Shown here one piece after another: positions 37,600 to 48,800 of a DNA stretch of 64,000 nucleotides; positions within the stretch are counted from its first letter, which is position 1, and each line of letters starts with the position of its first letter. Below the pieces are notes generated by a model. It searched no databases and had not been told where the DNA came from. It saw only the letters and a program-made list of their open reading frames with translations. The DNA is from Eledone cirrhosa. Taxonomy: Eukaryota. The stretch is from contig OZ024743.1 of assembly GCA_964016885.1 (NCBI GenBank), forward strand, positions 117,676,001-117,740,000, given 5' to 3'. The position numbers and the translations under genes were made by a program.

Positions 37600-37949
37600 A
37601 AAAAAGTATTGTTTCCATAATTTGTTTCTTAAAATTGACATTAACATGAACTATATATAAGGAAATAAATATATGGTACATTTACGTATCATGATCAATT
37701 GATATTTATCCTAAATATCTAATAGCAAAGCGTAATTTTCAGTGATTTTTCAAAACCTTTATATATGCTTATTAAATTATTTTGCTATGGGTGTTATATG
37801 ATGTTAGTAATATTAATTTTAGTATATAAAAATTGCAGCAGGATAAAGCAAGTCCAATTCAAATGTACATTTATTACATAAGTATTTGTTTAATATATTT
37901 TTATTGTGACGATACTGATGTAATTATGACGTCAAATATAAAGTCTATA

Positions 37950-38022
37950 GCTGAAATAGCTCAGTTGGGAGAGCGTTAGTCTGGGGATCTAATGGTACCC
38001 TGTGCAATCACGGGTTTCGGCA
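37950..38022 (+). pseudogene. tRNA-Phe degenerate (anticodon GGG)
   Basis: Phe body with loop CTGGGGA. Confidence 0.75.
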
Positions 38023-38290
38023 TGCAGGCCTATTATTTTCTCAAATATTTCTACTGATTTTGAGAGCAATCTTTATATTTTTTAAATTCCAATTAATCGA
38101 ATATTTCATTTTTCAGTCATCAAAAAATCACAGTTACTTTTGTAGACACCAAACAGCACAAACTATCAGCATAAGATCATATATTTCAGGTGTGTTTATG
38201 AAAATTTAGTTCCGATTCAATAAAATCAGCTATTCAGAATATCAATTTTAATAAACGAAACTGTCTACATATGAATATATAGCAAGAACT

Positions 38291-38364
38291 GTCTCTGTTC
38301 CATAATCTGTTAGCGCGTTCGGCTGTTAACAGAAAGGTTGGTGGTTCAAGTCAACCCAGGGACG
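38291..38364 (+). pseudogene. TRNAN-GUU: tRNA-Asn degenerate
   Basis: D-arm destroyed. Confidence 0.78.
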
Positions 38365-38575
38365 TAATAGTCTACTTTGCTTTAGGAACATTACTAAAAA
38401 TATGTATATTTAGGTTTACAGCTTGTATTTAGAATTATTTGTAACACACATACATGTTTAAATATATTACCCTGATATAGATTAATTTTGCTTTACCTTA
38501 CGTTAAGCTTTTCATCTCTACTGGATTGTATTTCATAAAAAATGCTCATGTAAATATATTTGTTGTAGTCGTTTA

Positions 38576-38648
38576 GCCGAAATAGCTCAGTTGGGAGAGC
38601 GTTAGACTGAACATCTAAAGTTCCCCTGTTCAATCTCGGGTTTCTTAA
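38576..38648 (+). pseudogene. TRNAF-GAA: tRNA-Phe degenerate, last array copy
   Basis: Acceptor 3' strand broken; Lys segment before it deleted. Confidence 0.78.
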
Positions 38649-39074
38649 TCATGAATTATTATTTTCTCTAATTATTCTGCTGACTTTTATAGAGATCTCT
38701 ATATTTCTATAATTTCTATTCATTGGAGGTTTCATGTTTCGGTCATCAAAAATATGCTGTATATTTTTTCGTCAGCACCAACAAGGATTCCACAAAGCAA
38801 TATGATAATACCCGTTTAGGAAAACACATATTTCATTCGATATTAGACATATATTTTACGAAATTATGTTTTTCTATCCTCCTTCGTGAAGCCACAAGGC
38901 ACGGTAATGAGCTAAGATTTTGTGACACACGAGGCCAACGGTGGACTATCTTATACAATACAGCCCTCTGACATGTGTCAGCAAACCCACTTCTTCTTCG
39001 CCCACTAATTCCTGAAAGTTTCGTGAGAGTAGAATCCTTAAACATTCCTTCCGACGCGTCTTGTTACAAGCAAC

Positions 39075-39365
39075 GCTCTTTAACTGATCTGAGCGGGACC
39101 AGCCTAGCTCATGGATTTTATTCAACTATCTTGTTATGGGTCTAACCCTGGGTCTCCTGCCGGTTGGTTTAATCTGTAAAATCTGTCCAGCGTTTTCTTT
39201 CTGAGACATACTAACCCCATGCCCATGGTATAAGAGCTGTGATCTCTCAATTTGGTGAAGTAGCGGCTCCAGCTGGGGTGACTCTCTGATGTCCGAGTTA
39301 CGCACCTCTCGAGTAACGCTACTCCATAGACCCTTAGGAGAAACCCCATTTCGGCAGCTCGTATT
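39075..39365 (-). mobile_element. Decayed RTE-clade LINE 3' fragment
   Basis: EMGFL...RNSDIRES.QLEPLL..IERSQL..GH...KPTGRRPRVRP; homologous to 34490-34740. Confidence 0.75.
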
Positions 39366-39865
39366 CGCGAATCCTCTACACAATATTAAATAAAGACCAC
39401 TTGTAATGCCAATGCACAAAAGGAACAGGTTTGGAAATTGGAAGTCCCTATTGTCAGAATATGCTCAATGGTCGTAACAGTAAGATGGTTACTAGATCCA
39501 GTGAATCGACGATACACATCAGTCTTGTTGTAAAGTCCAGGCAGATCTATTCAGGCATAATACTGCCCATCCCAGTTGAATAGCGTTAGTCAGTAATGCA
39601 CTGGGGTAATTGCTGGTCTTGTGCCAAAAATAGAAACAATTGTTGTTGGTGGTGGTTTTGTCGTTGCTGATGTAGTTTGTGTTATTTTTGGCGTTGTTAT
39701 CATTGTTGTTCTCAAATTTGTGTCGTTGTCCTTGCTGTTGGTGTTGTTGTCGTTGTTGCTCTTTTCACAGGTCAAAAACGGCTGTCTTATGGCCCCTTTA
39801 CAGCAAAAGATTACAACAAAATACAAATAATAATAATAATAATAACAACAACAACAACATTATTA

Positions 39866-40781
39866 TTACAGCTGTTGGCCAGCCGGTTGATGCGATCGTT
39901 GGAAACTCCACCTTCGCATTTTATAGAGGGTTAGTGGAGGGAGAGAGCGACAACTTCCTTCAGGAGACTCTAGGCATCGACGAAAATAAACTAGCCAATC
40001 TCTTCGGGATAACTTGCCCATGGACAACTTCCACAAATCCCTGCCATGATAGGGTATCGGGGAGCTTTGCCAGTTCGGGATAAACTCTTCAGGTATGGAA
40101 GTGCGGTACGGGCCAGTCCGAGATGCGTGCAGGGTGACAAAACCGTCGTGCTCGCAATCATCTAGTTTCCTAGCATTGCTGACTTGTGGGTTTATGTCGA
40201 ACACCTGCTGTCGCGTGTAGGACGGATCCGGCTATCAGCTCAGTCCATCGTCAGGATTGCCCCGTTGTCTTCTTTAGCCGGGAAGGGCAGGCAGTTTTTA
40301 TCTGCCTCTGTGGCCATGGCGAATGAAGTCGTATTGTAGACCCGTTTGAAAGGGCTGAAGACGAGCACTTACCTCTTCAGCGATTCCCTGATTAACTTTC
40401 AAATTAACTTTCATTTGAAAAGGAAAACCAGGGTGGCGAGGGAAGTGCTCCCTTCCCAGTAATTTGTTAAAATATGTGTGAGGCAAACATGGCCCGAGTG
40501 AATGGGCCTGATCTGAGTATGCGCCTGTAGAGTGGAGGTGGAAAACGGGGAGAAGGCACATGCCCTGGTGGTCAGGGTCACGGTGGTTTTTTTAATGGGC
40601 TTTCTCCACGAGTGATCCTCGGATGTCTCCTGCCTATTGAGGAATTTTCCTTTGTCTCATTTTTTTGTTACTTCCTTTGTTATTGCTTTTTTTTTCTTAC
40701 ACACAGAAATGCCATTTGTACCGTCCTGTTCTTTCCTTAATGTTATACTTTACGTCAACCCTTGTGGTTAATAAAGAAAAC
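39866..40781 (+). mobile_element. Tx1/L1-clade LINE 3' fragment
   Basis: Homologous to 41634-42576 and 44820-45749; ends TTGTGGTTAATAAAG + (ATT)n. Confidence 0.8.
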
Positions 40782-40862
40782 ATTATTATTATTATTAATA
40801 TGTACTGGGTAATTGCTGGCCTTGTGCCAAATGTAGAAACAATTATTATTATCATTATTATT

Positions 40863-42576
40863 AACACTCGAGCCACTATTACACAAATAAGAGACGTTGA
40901 GAGGCATCCCACGTGAACTAGGACATCAAAGATTTGAGTCGGCGTATGCCGAGGACGTCACAGTCATAGTGTCGAACACCAGACAGATTAAAGGGATTGG
41001 CATTGCTCTGAAGGAATTCGAAGCGCTGACAGGAACGAAAATCAGCGAGGAAAAAAACATGGGCCTACAACTCGTCACCTGGAGGGGCAGGTGCATACCG
41101 TCTAACAGTGTCTTCGGATGCAGGACGGACGGGCCGGTTAAATTACTCGGGGTCTGGTTTGGTTCTGATCTCCAGGTGGACAGAAATTGGGATTAGGTGA
41201 CAAAAAGAGAGACCAATCGCACCCAGAAATGGGCCGAGAGAAAGCTGTCCCTGAAAGGTAGGGCTGATGTGGTGAACACATTGATCGCGTCCGTCATCTA
41301 CTACCACTTGACCGTCGTTCCTAGTCCCAAACGACATCTGACTACGCTGGAGTGTTTGCTCTTCCAATTCTTGTGGAACGAACGCATTCCGATGGTCAGG
41401 CAGCTCATCTGCTGTCAACAGCTCCTGCGTGGAGGACTTGGAATGCCGTGGCTAATGATGCGCAGTCATGTGCTGCTACTACGACATTTCTATCTCTTTC
41501 TAAACAGTGAACAGATGTGGCCACCCTTCAACAGATGCATGTTCCTCCAGCTCGTACCGTTAACGTTGCTACAGTCCTGGATCATGCAGAGGCCGAGGAA
41601 GAACTCTTGGAAACTGGAATGTCTCCAGGCGCTTACAGCCCTTCAACAGTCGGGCAAAATGTTCGGTGAAAACACCACCTTGGCGTTCTATAGATTGTTA
41701 GTAGCAGATAAAAGCAACGACGTTCTTATGGAAACTCTATACATCGATGCAAATGAACTAACCACTCTCTTCGGAAGAGCCCACGGATAATTTCCAGAAA
41801 TCACTAGCATGGCAGTGCTGCCGAGGAGCTTTGCCAGTTCGAGATAAACTCTACTGACATGGAAGCGCCGTCAGCCAGGCCTGTCCGAGAAGTGCGCAGA
41901 ATGACAAAACTCTCCTGCACGCAATCGTCCAGTGTCCGAGCATTACTGACTTGTCGGTTTATGTCGAGCACCTGCTGTCACCTGTAGGACAAATTCGGCT
42001 ATCAACTGAGTCCATTGTGAAGATTGTCCCACCGATTTCTTTTAGTCAAGAAGGGCAGGCCATTTTTTATGTCTTGTGGCCATGGGGAAAGAGGTTGTAT
42101 GGTGGACACACGTGAAAAGGTTGAAGACGAACACTGTCATCTTTGGAGAAGCCCTGATTAACTTCTTCAAATTGCACTTGGGGAGGAAAATAAGGGTAGA
42201 GAGAGAATTGCTGCCTTCAAAGCAATTCGTTGAAAAGTGGGTGCGAGAAGCGAGCATGGCCCGAGTGAATGGCCCGCTCTGAGTGTAGATTGGAGAATTA
42301 CAACTGGGACAGGGCACTTGTCCTAAAAACAGAGCATCCGTGGTTTTATGAGTTTTTTTCCACGAATGACCCTTAAACGTCTCCTCCCCATTGAGGAACC
42401 TTCTTTGTTTTAATTTTATTATTATCTTTTTTTTAACATTATTAAAATTTGTTAAAATTTCTTTATATTCATAACCTACACAAGAACACACACACATACA
42501 CACATACTATGTTTTTGTCCTGTACTGTCATAATGTTTTTTGTCGTTGTGGACCATTTGTGGTTAATAAAGAAATC
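40863..42576 (+). mobile_element. 5'-truncated, decayed Tx1/L1-clade LINE (RT C-terminus to 3' end)
   Basis: LEPLL...SAYAEDVTV (degenerate YADD); LLGVWFG; WAERKLSLKGRADVVNTL; FLW; GGLGMP; polyA signal + (ATT)n. Confidence 0.85.
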
Positions 42577-42595
42577 ATTATTATTATTATTATTG

Positions 42596-45500
42596 TTGGT
42601 TTGTTCGGACGTCTTTTTGCTCGCTCCCTGTAAGTCGCTTTATTTACCTGTTATAATTATATGTTGTTTAATTGTTTTTTGTTTTGTAAGGGATATAAGC
42701 CCTTGGTCTTTGCCCTGTGAAGTGGAAAGTATAATATTTGGGCCTTTTGGACCAAATATTTGAACAATATTTGAACATTTTACTTTTAAAATTCTTTTAA
42801 AAAACATGGCTGAGCCACGTCCTCCACAATGTGTCTGCTGTCGTATGACAACGGCGTAAAAGTTGAGAGGAGGGTTACAGAAATTAATACAAAAAACACC
42901 ACCACAAACAATGTGAACAAAGACAACATCACTGAGAACACTAATTTGAAAATAATTACCACACCAACTACCACAATAACAGCGACAACCAAAATCCAGA
43001 CAACAGAAAAAATGCAAACACTGAAAATATAAGTAATAGTGATGGCAATTATTTAGATTTGTCACATACAGACATGGATTTCCCGCCATTACCAACGTCT
43101 ACAGGTGTTAAAGCCGCCATCCACACCAAGGCAATGTCAAAAAAGAACAACCAACTGTGGATACCACCACCACAGCAACAAGTGAAACAAAAAATAGATT
43201 ATGTTCTCTGATATCGAAATGGATTCTCCGAAAATCGATTCTTCCACGCCGAACGCCACTGACACCACCACCACCACCACAACAACTAAAACTAAAAATA
43301 ATAATAACAAAAATAACAATAACAACAACAGCAGCAACAGCATAAATAAGAATAACAACAACAACATCAACACCAGCGCAAAAACAAATGTGGCGTTTGC
43401 TAAAGCGGCAAACAAAAATGAAACAGTTCAGGTAAGCCAGAAAGAATTGAATGAAGCCAAGCGAATGGTAAAAAAATATGGTTACAGGGTCAGCCTCACA
43501 CCCACCCACCCAGCTAATACTATGGAGCATCGGCGCCTATGCACCGTATCATATCGGATGATAAATATTAAAATGAGCCGAGTGGAGCGGGCATCCGAAT
43601 CCCAGATTCAAAAACTCACATCAGACGTGAGCAAAAATATGGAACCGTGGGCCTGTTCTTTGGAACCCCATAGTAAGCCAGAGATCACTCTATGGCCCCA
43701 TTAAAAAGTGACGAGTTCACACTCGTCCCAAGTTATTGTGCTCAAAGGCTGGTAAGGATCAGGGTGACCCAGGTTCCGCTGGCCATTGAAATTCCCCGGC
43801 TAATGGCTGCCGTCCTCGCCGACATCGATATCGACACTAAAGTAATTGAGGTGATAAAAATAAAGCAGGAGAACTGATCCGGATCTGGGATGGAGCTCCT
43901 GATCCAAGCGGACCAAAAATCATACAGAAAATTCCAGATGTGATAGACCTCAATGAGGGCAGCCACCTCACCATAATCGTTGAGGGTAGAAGGCCTAGGT
44001 GTGTCGTTTGTAGCGAACGAACCCACCTAAAGGCTTTCTGCCCTCAGGCCAAAAATTGGAGGCCACTTCGCCTACCCCCCCCCCCCCCCAAGCGACTCAA
44101 CCATCAAAACCAGCAGCAGAAATGGCAGCAATAACTGTAGCAGCAACAACAGAAGCAAATGTAGCAGCAAGAACGCCAGCAACTGTAGCAGCAACAATCC
44201 CAGCAACTCTAGCAGCAACAGTAGCAAAACCGCGCCAGAATTAGCCAGAATTAGCACCAGCGCCTCCACCACCCACCACGTCACAAACAAAACCAACGCC
44301 TGTGGAGGATTTTCCACTCCCCCACCTATCGCAACTGGAGACAGATTGTGATGAGGAGGAGTGGGAAACTATCTGGAAAAGAAGGGAAAAAAAAGAAACC
44401 AAAAGAGAAAAAATCCTCTTCCTTCGCCCTCTAAAATCAAAATACAGGGCGAAACAAACAAACTAACAAAAAAGTTAAGACAGCTATTTCACCGCCCACA
44501 CAAGCATCGCCAGCCCCATCACCACAAACACCAACACCATCACCATCATTAACCCCAACACTACCATCACCAATACCACAAAAATCACCAACAAGCGAAA
44601 CAAAACAAACCCACAACAAACGCAAACAAAACAAAACAACCAAAACGATACACACTACACAGCATTAAATTTGAACAACAACCAATGATTACACTACATC
44701 CAACACATCACCGAAAAAGACTATACAACACCCCACAAATTCACACGACCCCTACACATGCAAATTACTCGCATCACACTGTAAACGTACACAACACTAA
44801 AATTAAAATTCCCCAAGGACCTCGACCAGTCGGGCAATGTGATCCGTGGTAATTCCACCTTGGCGTTCTATTTGAAGATTAGTGGAGGGGAAGAGCGACG
44901 ACGTACTTCGGGAAAATCTAGGCGTCGACGAAAATCAACTAGCCACTCTCTTCGGAAGAACTTTCGGGCCGGGGTCTATGGACAACTTCCAGAAATCCCT
45001 GGTCTGGCAGTGCTACCGAAGAGCTTTGCCAGTTCGGGATAAACTCTACAGGCAAAGAAGTGCCCTCAGACGGGCATGTCCGAGATGCTCGAAGGGCGAC
45101 TAAACCGTCCTGCACGCACTCGTCAAGTGTCCGAGCATTGCTGACTTGTGGGTTTATGTCGAACACCTGCTCTCGCGTGTAGCAAGGATCCGGCTATTAG
45201 CTGAGTCCATCGTGAGGAATGCGCCGCCCTCTTCCTTTAGCCGAAAAGGGCAGGCAGTTTTTATCTGTCTGGTGCCCATGGCGAAAGAGATAGTATGGTG
45301 GACGTGTTTGAAAGGGCTGAAGACGAGCACTTACCTCTTCGGTGATGCCCTGATTAACTTTTTCAAATTTCATTTGAAAAGGAAAATCAGAGTAGAGAGG
45401 GAAGTGCTCTCTTCCCAGCATTTTGTTGAAAGATGGGTGAGAGAGGCAAGAATGGCCCGAGTGAATGAGCCTACTCTGAGTATGTTCCTGTAAATTGAAG

Positions 45501-45749
45501 GTGGAAAACTGGGAGAGGGCACTGGCCTTGGTGGTCAAGGTGACCGTGGCTTTTTCAATGGGCTTTCTCCACGAATGTCCCTCGGAAGTCTCCCCCTATT
45601 GGAGAATTTTTTCATTGTTTCTTTTTTTACATCCTCTGGTTTTGTTTTGTTTTTCTACACGTAGAAATGCCCATTTGTACCGTCCTGTATTGTCCTGTAT
45701 TGTCCTTAATATGATACTTTGTGTAAACGCTTGTGGTTAATAAAAAAGC
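42596..45749 (+). mobile_element. Internally deleted Tx1-like LINE: 5' UTR and decayed ORF1 joined to ORF2 3' end
   Basis: Low-complexity T/N-rich ORF1 fragments with gag knuckle CVVCSERTHLKAFC (~44000-44040); ORF2 tail WQCYRRALPVRDKL...CPRC from ~44820; no APE/RT between. Confidence 0.72.
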
Positions 45750-45800
45750 ATTATCATTATTGTTATTATTATTATTATTATTATTATTGTTATTGTTATT

Positions 45801-48800
45801 CCTTGAATCTCAGTCATTGATGTTGGTTAACTGGAAAGTCCGTTGGATTGAATATCAAGCCACTACTTGCAGCCTCAGATATTCAGGACGTATCGGAGGG
45901 TTCTTGCTGTTCCAAGCAAGCATGCCTTTTGAAGCGTTCCAAAAAGCGTGAAGGGGCCGATTTTCTTTAACCATCCCTGGAAACTTTTGGAGATAGTCCC
46001 CAGTGCGCCTATGACAATCGGGATCACTTTGACTTCATGGCAGTTCCAAATCCTTTTCACCTCCCACTTTAGGTCCTGGTATCGGTTAATTTTCTCCCTC
46101 TCCTTCTCTTGCACTCTCGTGTCGAACGGGCAGGCCACATCCACAATCAGGCACGATCTTTTTTCTTTGTCCACAACCACCAGGTCAGGTCTATTGTGTT
46201 CCAGTTTTTTGTCCGTCTGTATCCTAAAATCCCACAGCACCTTCACCTGATTGTTCTCCATCACCGCCTCTGGCCTATGCTCATACCATTTCTCAGAATG
46301 TGGTAGATTGTTTACTTTGCACAGGTGCCAGTGGATCACCCTGCCCATCACATCGTGTCTCCAGCCCTTATAGTGGGTCTGGGCTAGGTGTTTACACTCG
46401 GATACAATGTGAGCCACAGTCTCCTCTCTCTCTCCACAGATCCTGCACAGTGGGCTGGCCTCCTCCTTGTAGATATAGTGCTTCAACCACTTCGTTTTGA
46501 GGGCCTGCTCCTGCGCAGCCATTAGCATTCCTTCTGTAGCCTTTTTGAGGTCTCCTCTTCTCAACCAGTTCCATGTCTGTGGATCTCTAAATTCAGTTTT
46601 CTCAAAGAAGGTACTATGAAGGGGTTTTCCCTTAAGGCTGCTCTTCCTCCTTGATGTTATTTCCTCCCTGGACATCCCCTGGCCTACTGTCCCCTTCTTC
46701 AGTACAGCTCTGAGCATTGGCTCCTTACTATAGGTCACGTATTTGTATAGGTTGTTTTTCTCCATCTGAACACAGTCCTCTATGCTGATAAGACCTCTTC
46801 CACCCTCAGATCTCCTTAGGTAGAGTCTATCGACATCACTCCTCTTGTGGAACATGTTGTAGATAGTCAATAGCTTCCTAGTCTTCCTATCCATTTCTTT
46901 CTGTTCAGCAACATTCCATCTCAGAATTCCCGCACTGTACCTAATAATAGACACAGCTCGGGAATTTACTGCGCTTATGGCATTTCTGCTGTTCAGATGT
47001 GACTTCAATACGCTCCTTACTCTCCGAATGTATTCAGTTCTTAACAATTCCTTCATTTTTTTGTTCTTTATGCCATCAGCCTCCAGAACGCCCAAATACT
47101 TGTATCCTTCCTCAGAGACAATTTCCTTTATCATCTCACCTGTTGGTATCTGGATCCCGTTACTTCTGCTCAACCTACCCCTCTTCATCACAATGACTCC
47201 ACATTTACCAATACCAAACTGCATACATATATCACTGCTGAAAATACGGACAGTGTCAACAAGCACATCCAACTCCTTCTCACTTTTCCCGCAGAGCTTA
47301 AGATCGTCCATGAAGAGGAGGTGATTGATGGTAAGCTCTCCCCTTCCCAACTTGTATCCTGCTCTCACTTTTCGCAGCACAATGGTCAAGGGCATCAGGG
47401 CAAGGACAAACAACAGAGGGGACAGGCTATCTCCCTGGAAGATACCTCTCTTGATCTTCACGCTTCCCAAGGATACTCCAGTTGATGTCAACTCTGTCTC
47501 CCAGGACCCCATACTCCTGCCTAGCAACTGTCTGATGTTATCCGCCACCCTGAAGATCTCCAGGCTTTTGGTGATCCAGGAATGAGGCACCATGTCAAAT
47601 GCCTTTCTGTAGTCTATCCATCCCATGGCAAGATCAGTGTGTCTCCTCCTGCAATTCCCCATTACCATCTTATCAATAAGCAACTGGTCCTTTGTACCAC
47701 GTGACTTCTTTCGGCATCCTTTCTGTTCGTCCGGTAACAAGTTGTTTGTGTGGAGGTGATGGTAGATTTCCTCAGACACAATGCTCGTCAACAGTTTCCA
47801 CATTACGGGCAGACATGTGATAGGTATATAGTTGGTAGCATCATTACCCTTGATTCGGTCTTTCATTATCAGAACTGTGGTACCTTTTGTCAACCACTCT
47901 GGCACCTCACCCGACACCAAGCAGTCATTGAACATGGCCGTCAGCTTCGGGTGGAGGGATGTTAGATGTTTAATCCAATACCCCTGCACACCATCTGGGC
48001 CTGGTGATTTCCAGTTGGTTAGTTTTTTGGCTTGCCCCTTAAGAGTTTCAACTGTGATACTCAAATCAGTCTGTTGCTGTGCCTGCTCACCGATCTCCCT
48101 CTGTACTGTCTCAATCCACCCTGCCTGGGCATTGTGTCTAACATCCTGCTCCCATATTCCTCTCCAGAATGTTTTAGTTTGCTCCGCCCCAGGGATCAAG
48201 TCGTTGCCTCTTTCTTTGCCCTCAAGCTGTCCAAACAGCATCTTCTGGTTGTTGTCGAACATGCGGTTCTGTTTATACTGACTGACTCTGTTCTCGTATC
48301 GCCTGATTTTTGCACTCTTTGCTACAATGCGTTGCTTCAATTCCTCTATGATAATATTTAGCTTTTTACTCCTAGTTTTGTATTTTATTTCCAGTCTATT
48401 TTTAGTGCCTATGTTTTTTAGTGTCCCATTCAGTAGTGACTCAAGCTTTCCAATGTCATTTCTCATTTCCCCGATTTGCCCACTCAGTCGCTTCTTCCAC
48501 CATGGCTCTGCTCTTTCTTGTCTGTTGTTTCCTCCCGCTTTTATACCAAGTAGTTTCCTCACCGTATTTGCTGTTGCTCTGAGGATATTGTTGCACTGGT
48601 GAAGGCTCCTCGCCTCAAGGTATGGGATGACTTTGTTTACCTTAGCTGTTGTTTCTTTTAACTTTTTCCTGTCTACAAATCTTAGGTTCATAGGTCTCCC
48701 ACTATCATTGTTCAATTCATCTACCACTAAATTTAGGATGTCAACCGAATCTTGTCCTAGCCCGTCAGCATTCATCTCCTCAGTGGCCGTATCTCTGTTC

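Larger units (their letters stand above)
1..38870 (+). repeat. Tandem tRNA-gene array, ~1259-bp unit (Asn-Lys-Phe); homogeneous to ~28.3 kb, degenerate thereafter; runs off the left edge
   Basis: tRNA-Asn starts at 281, 1539, 2798, 4259, 5518 ... 27326, spaced 1258-1260 bp (1461 where a SINE is inserted); spacers near-identical. Confidence 0.98.
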
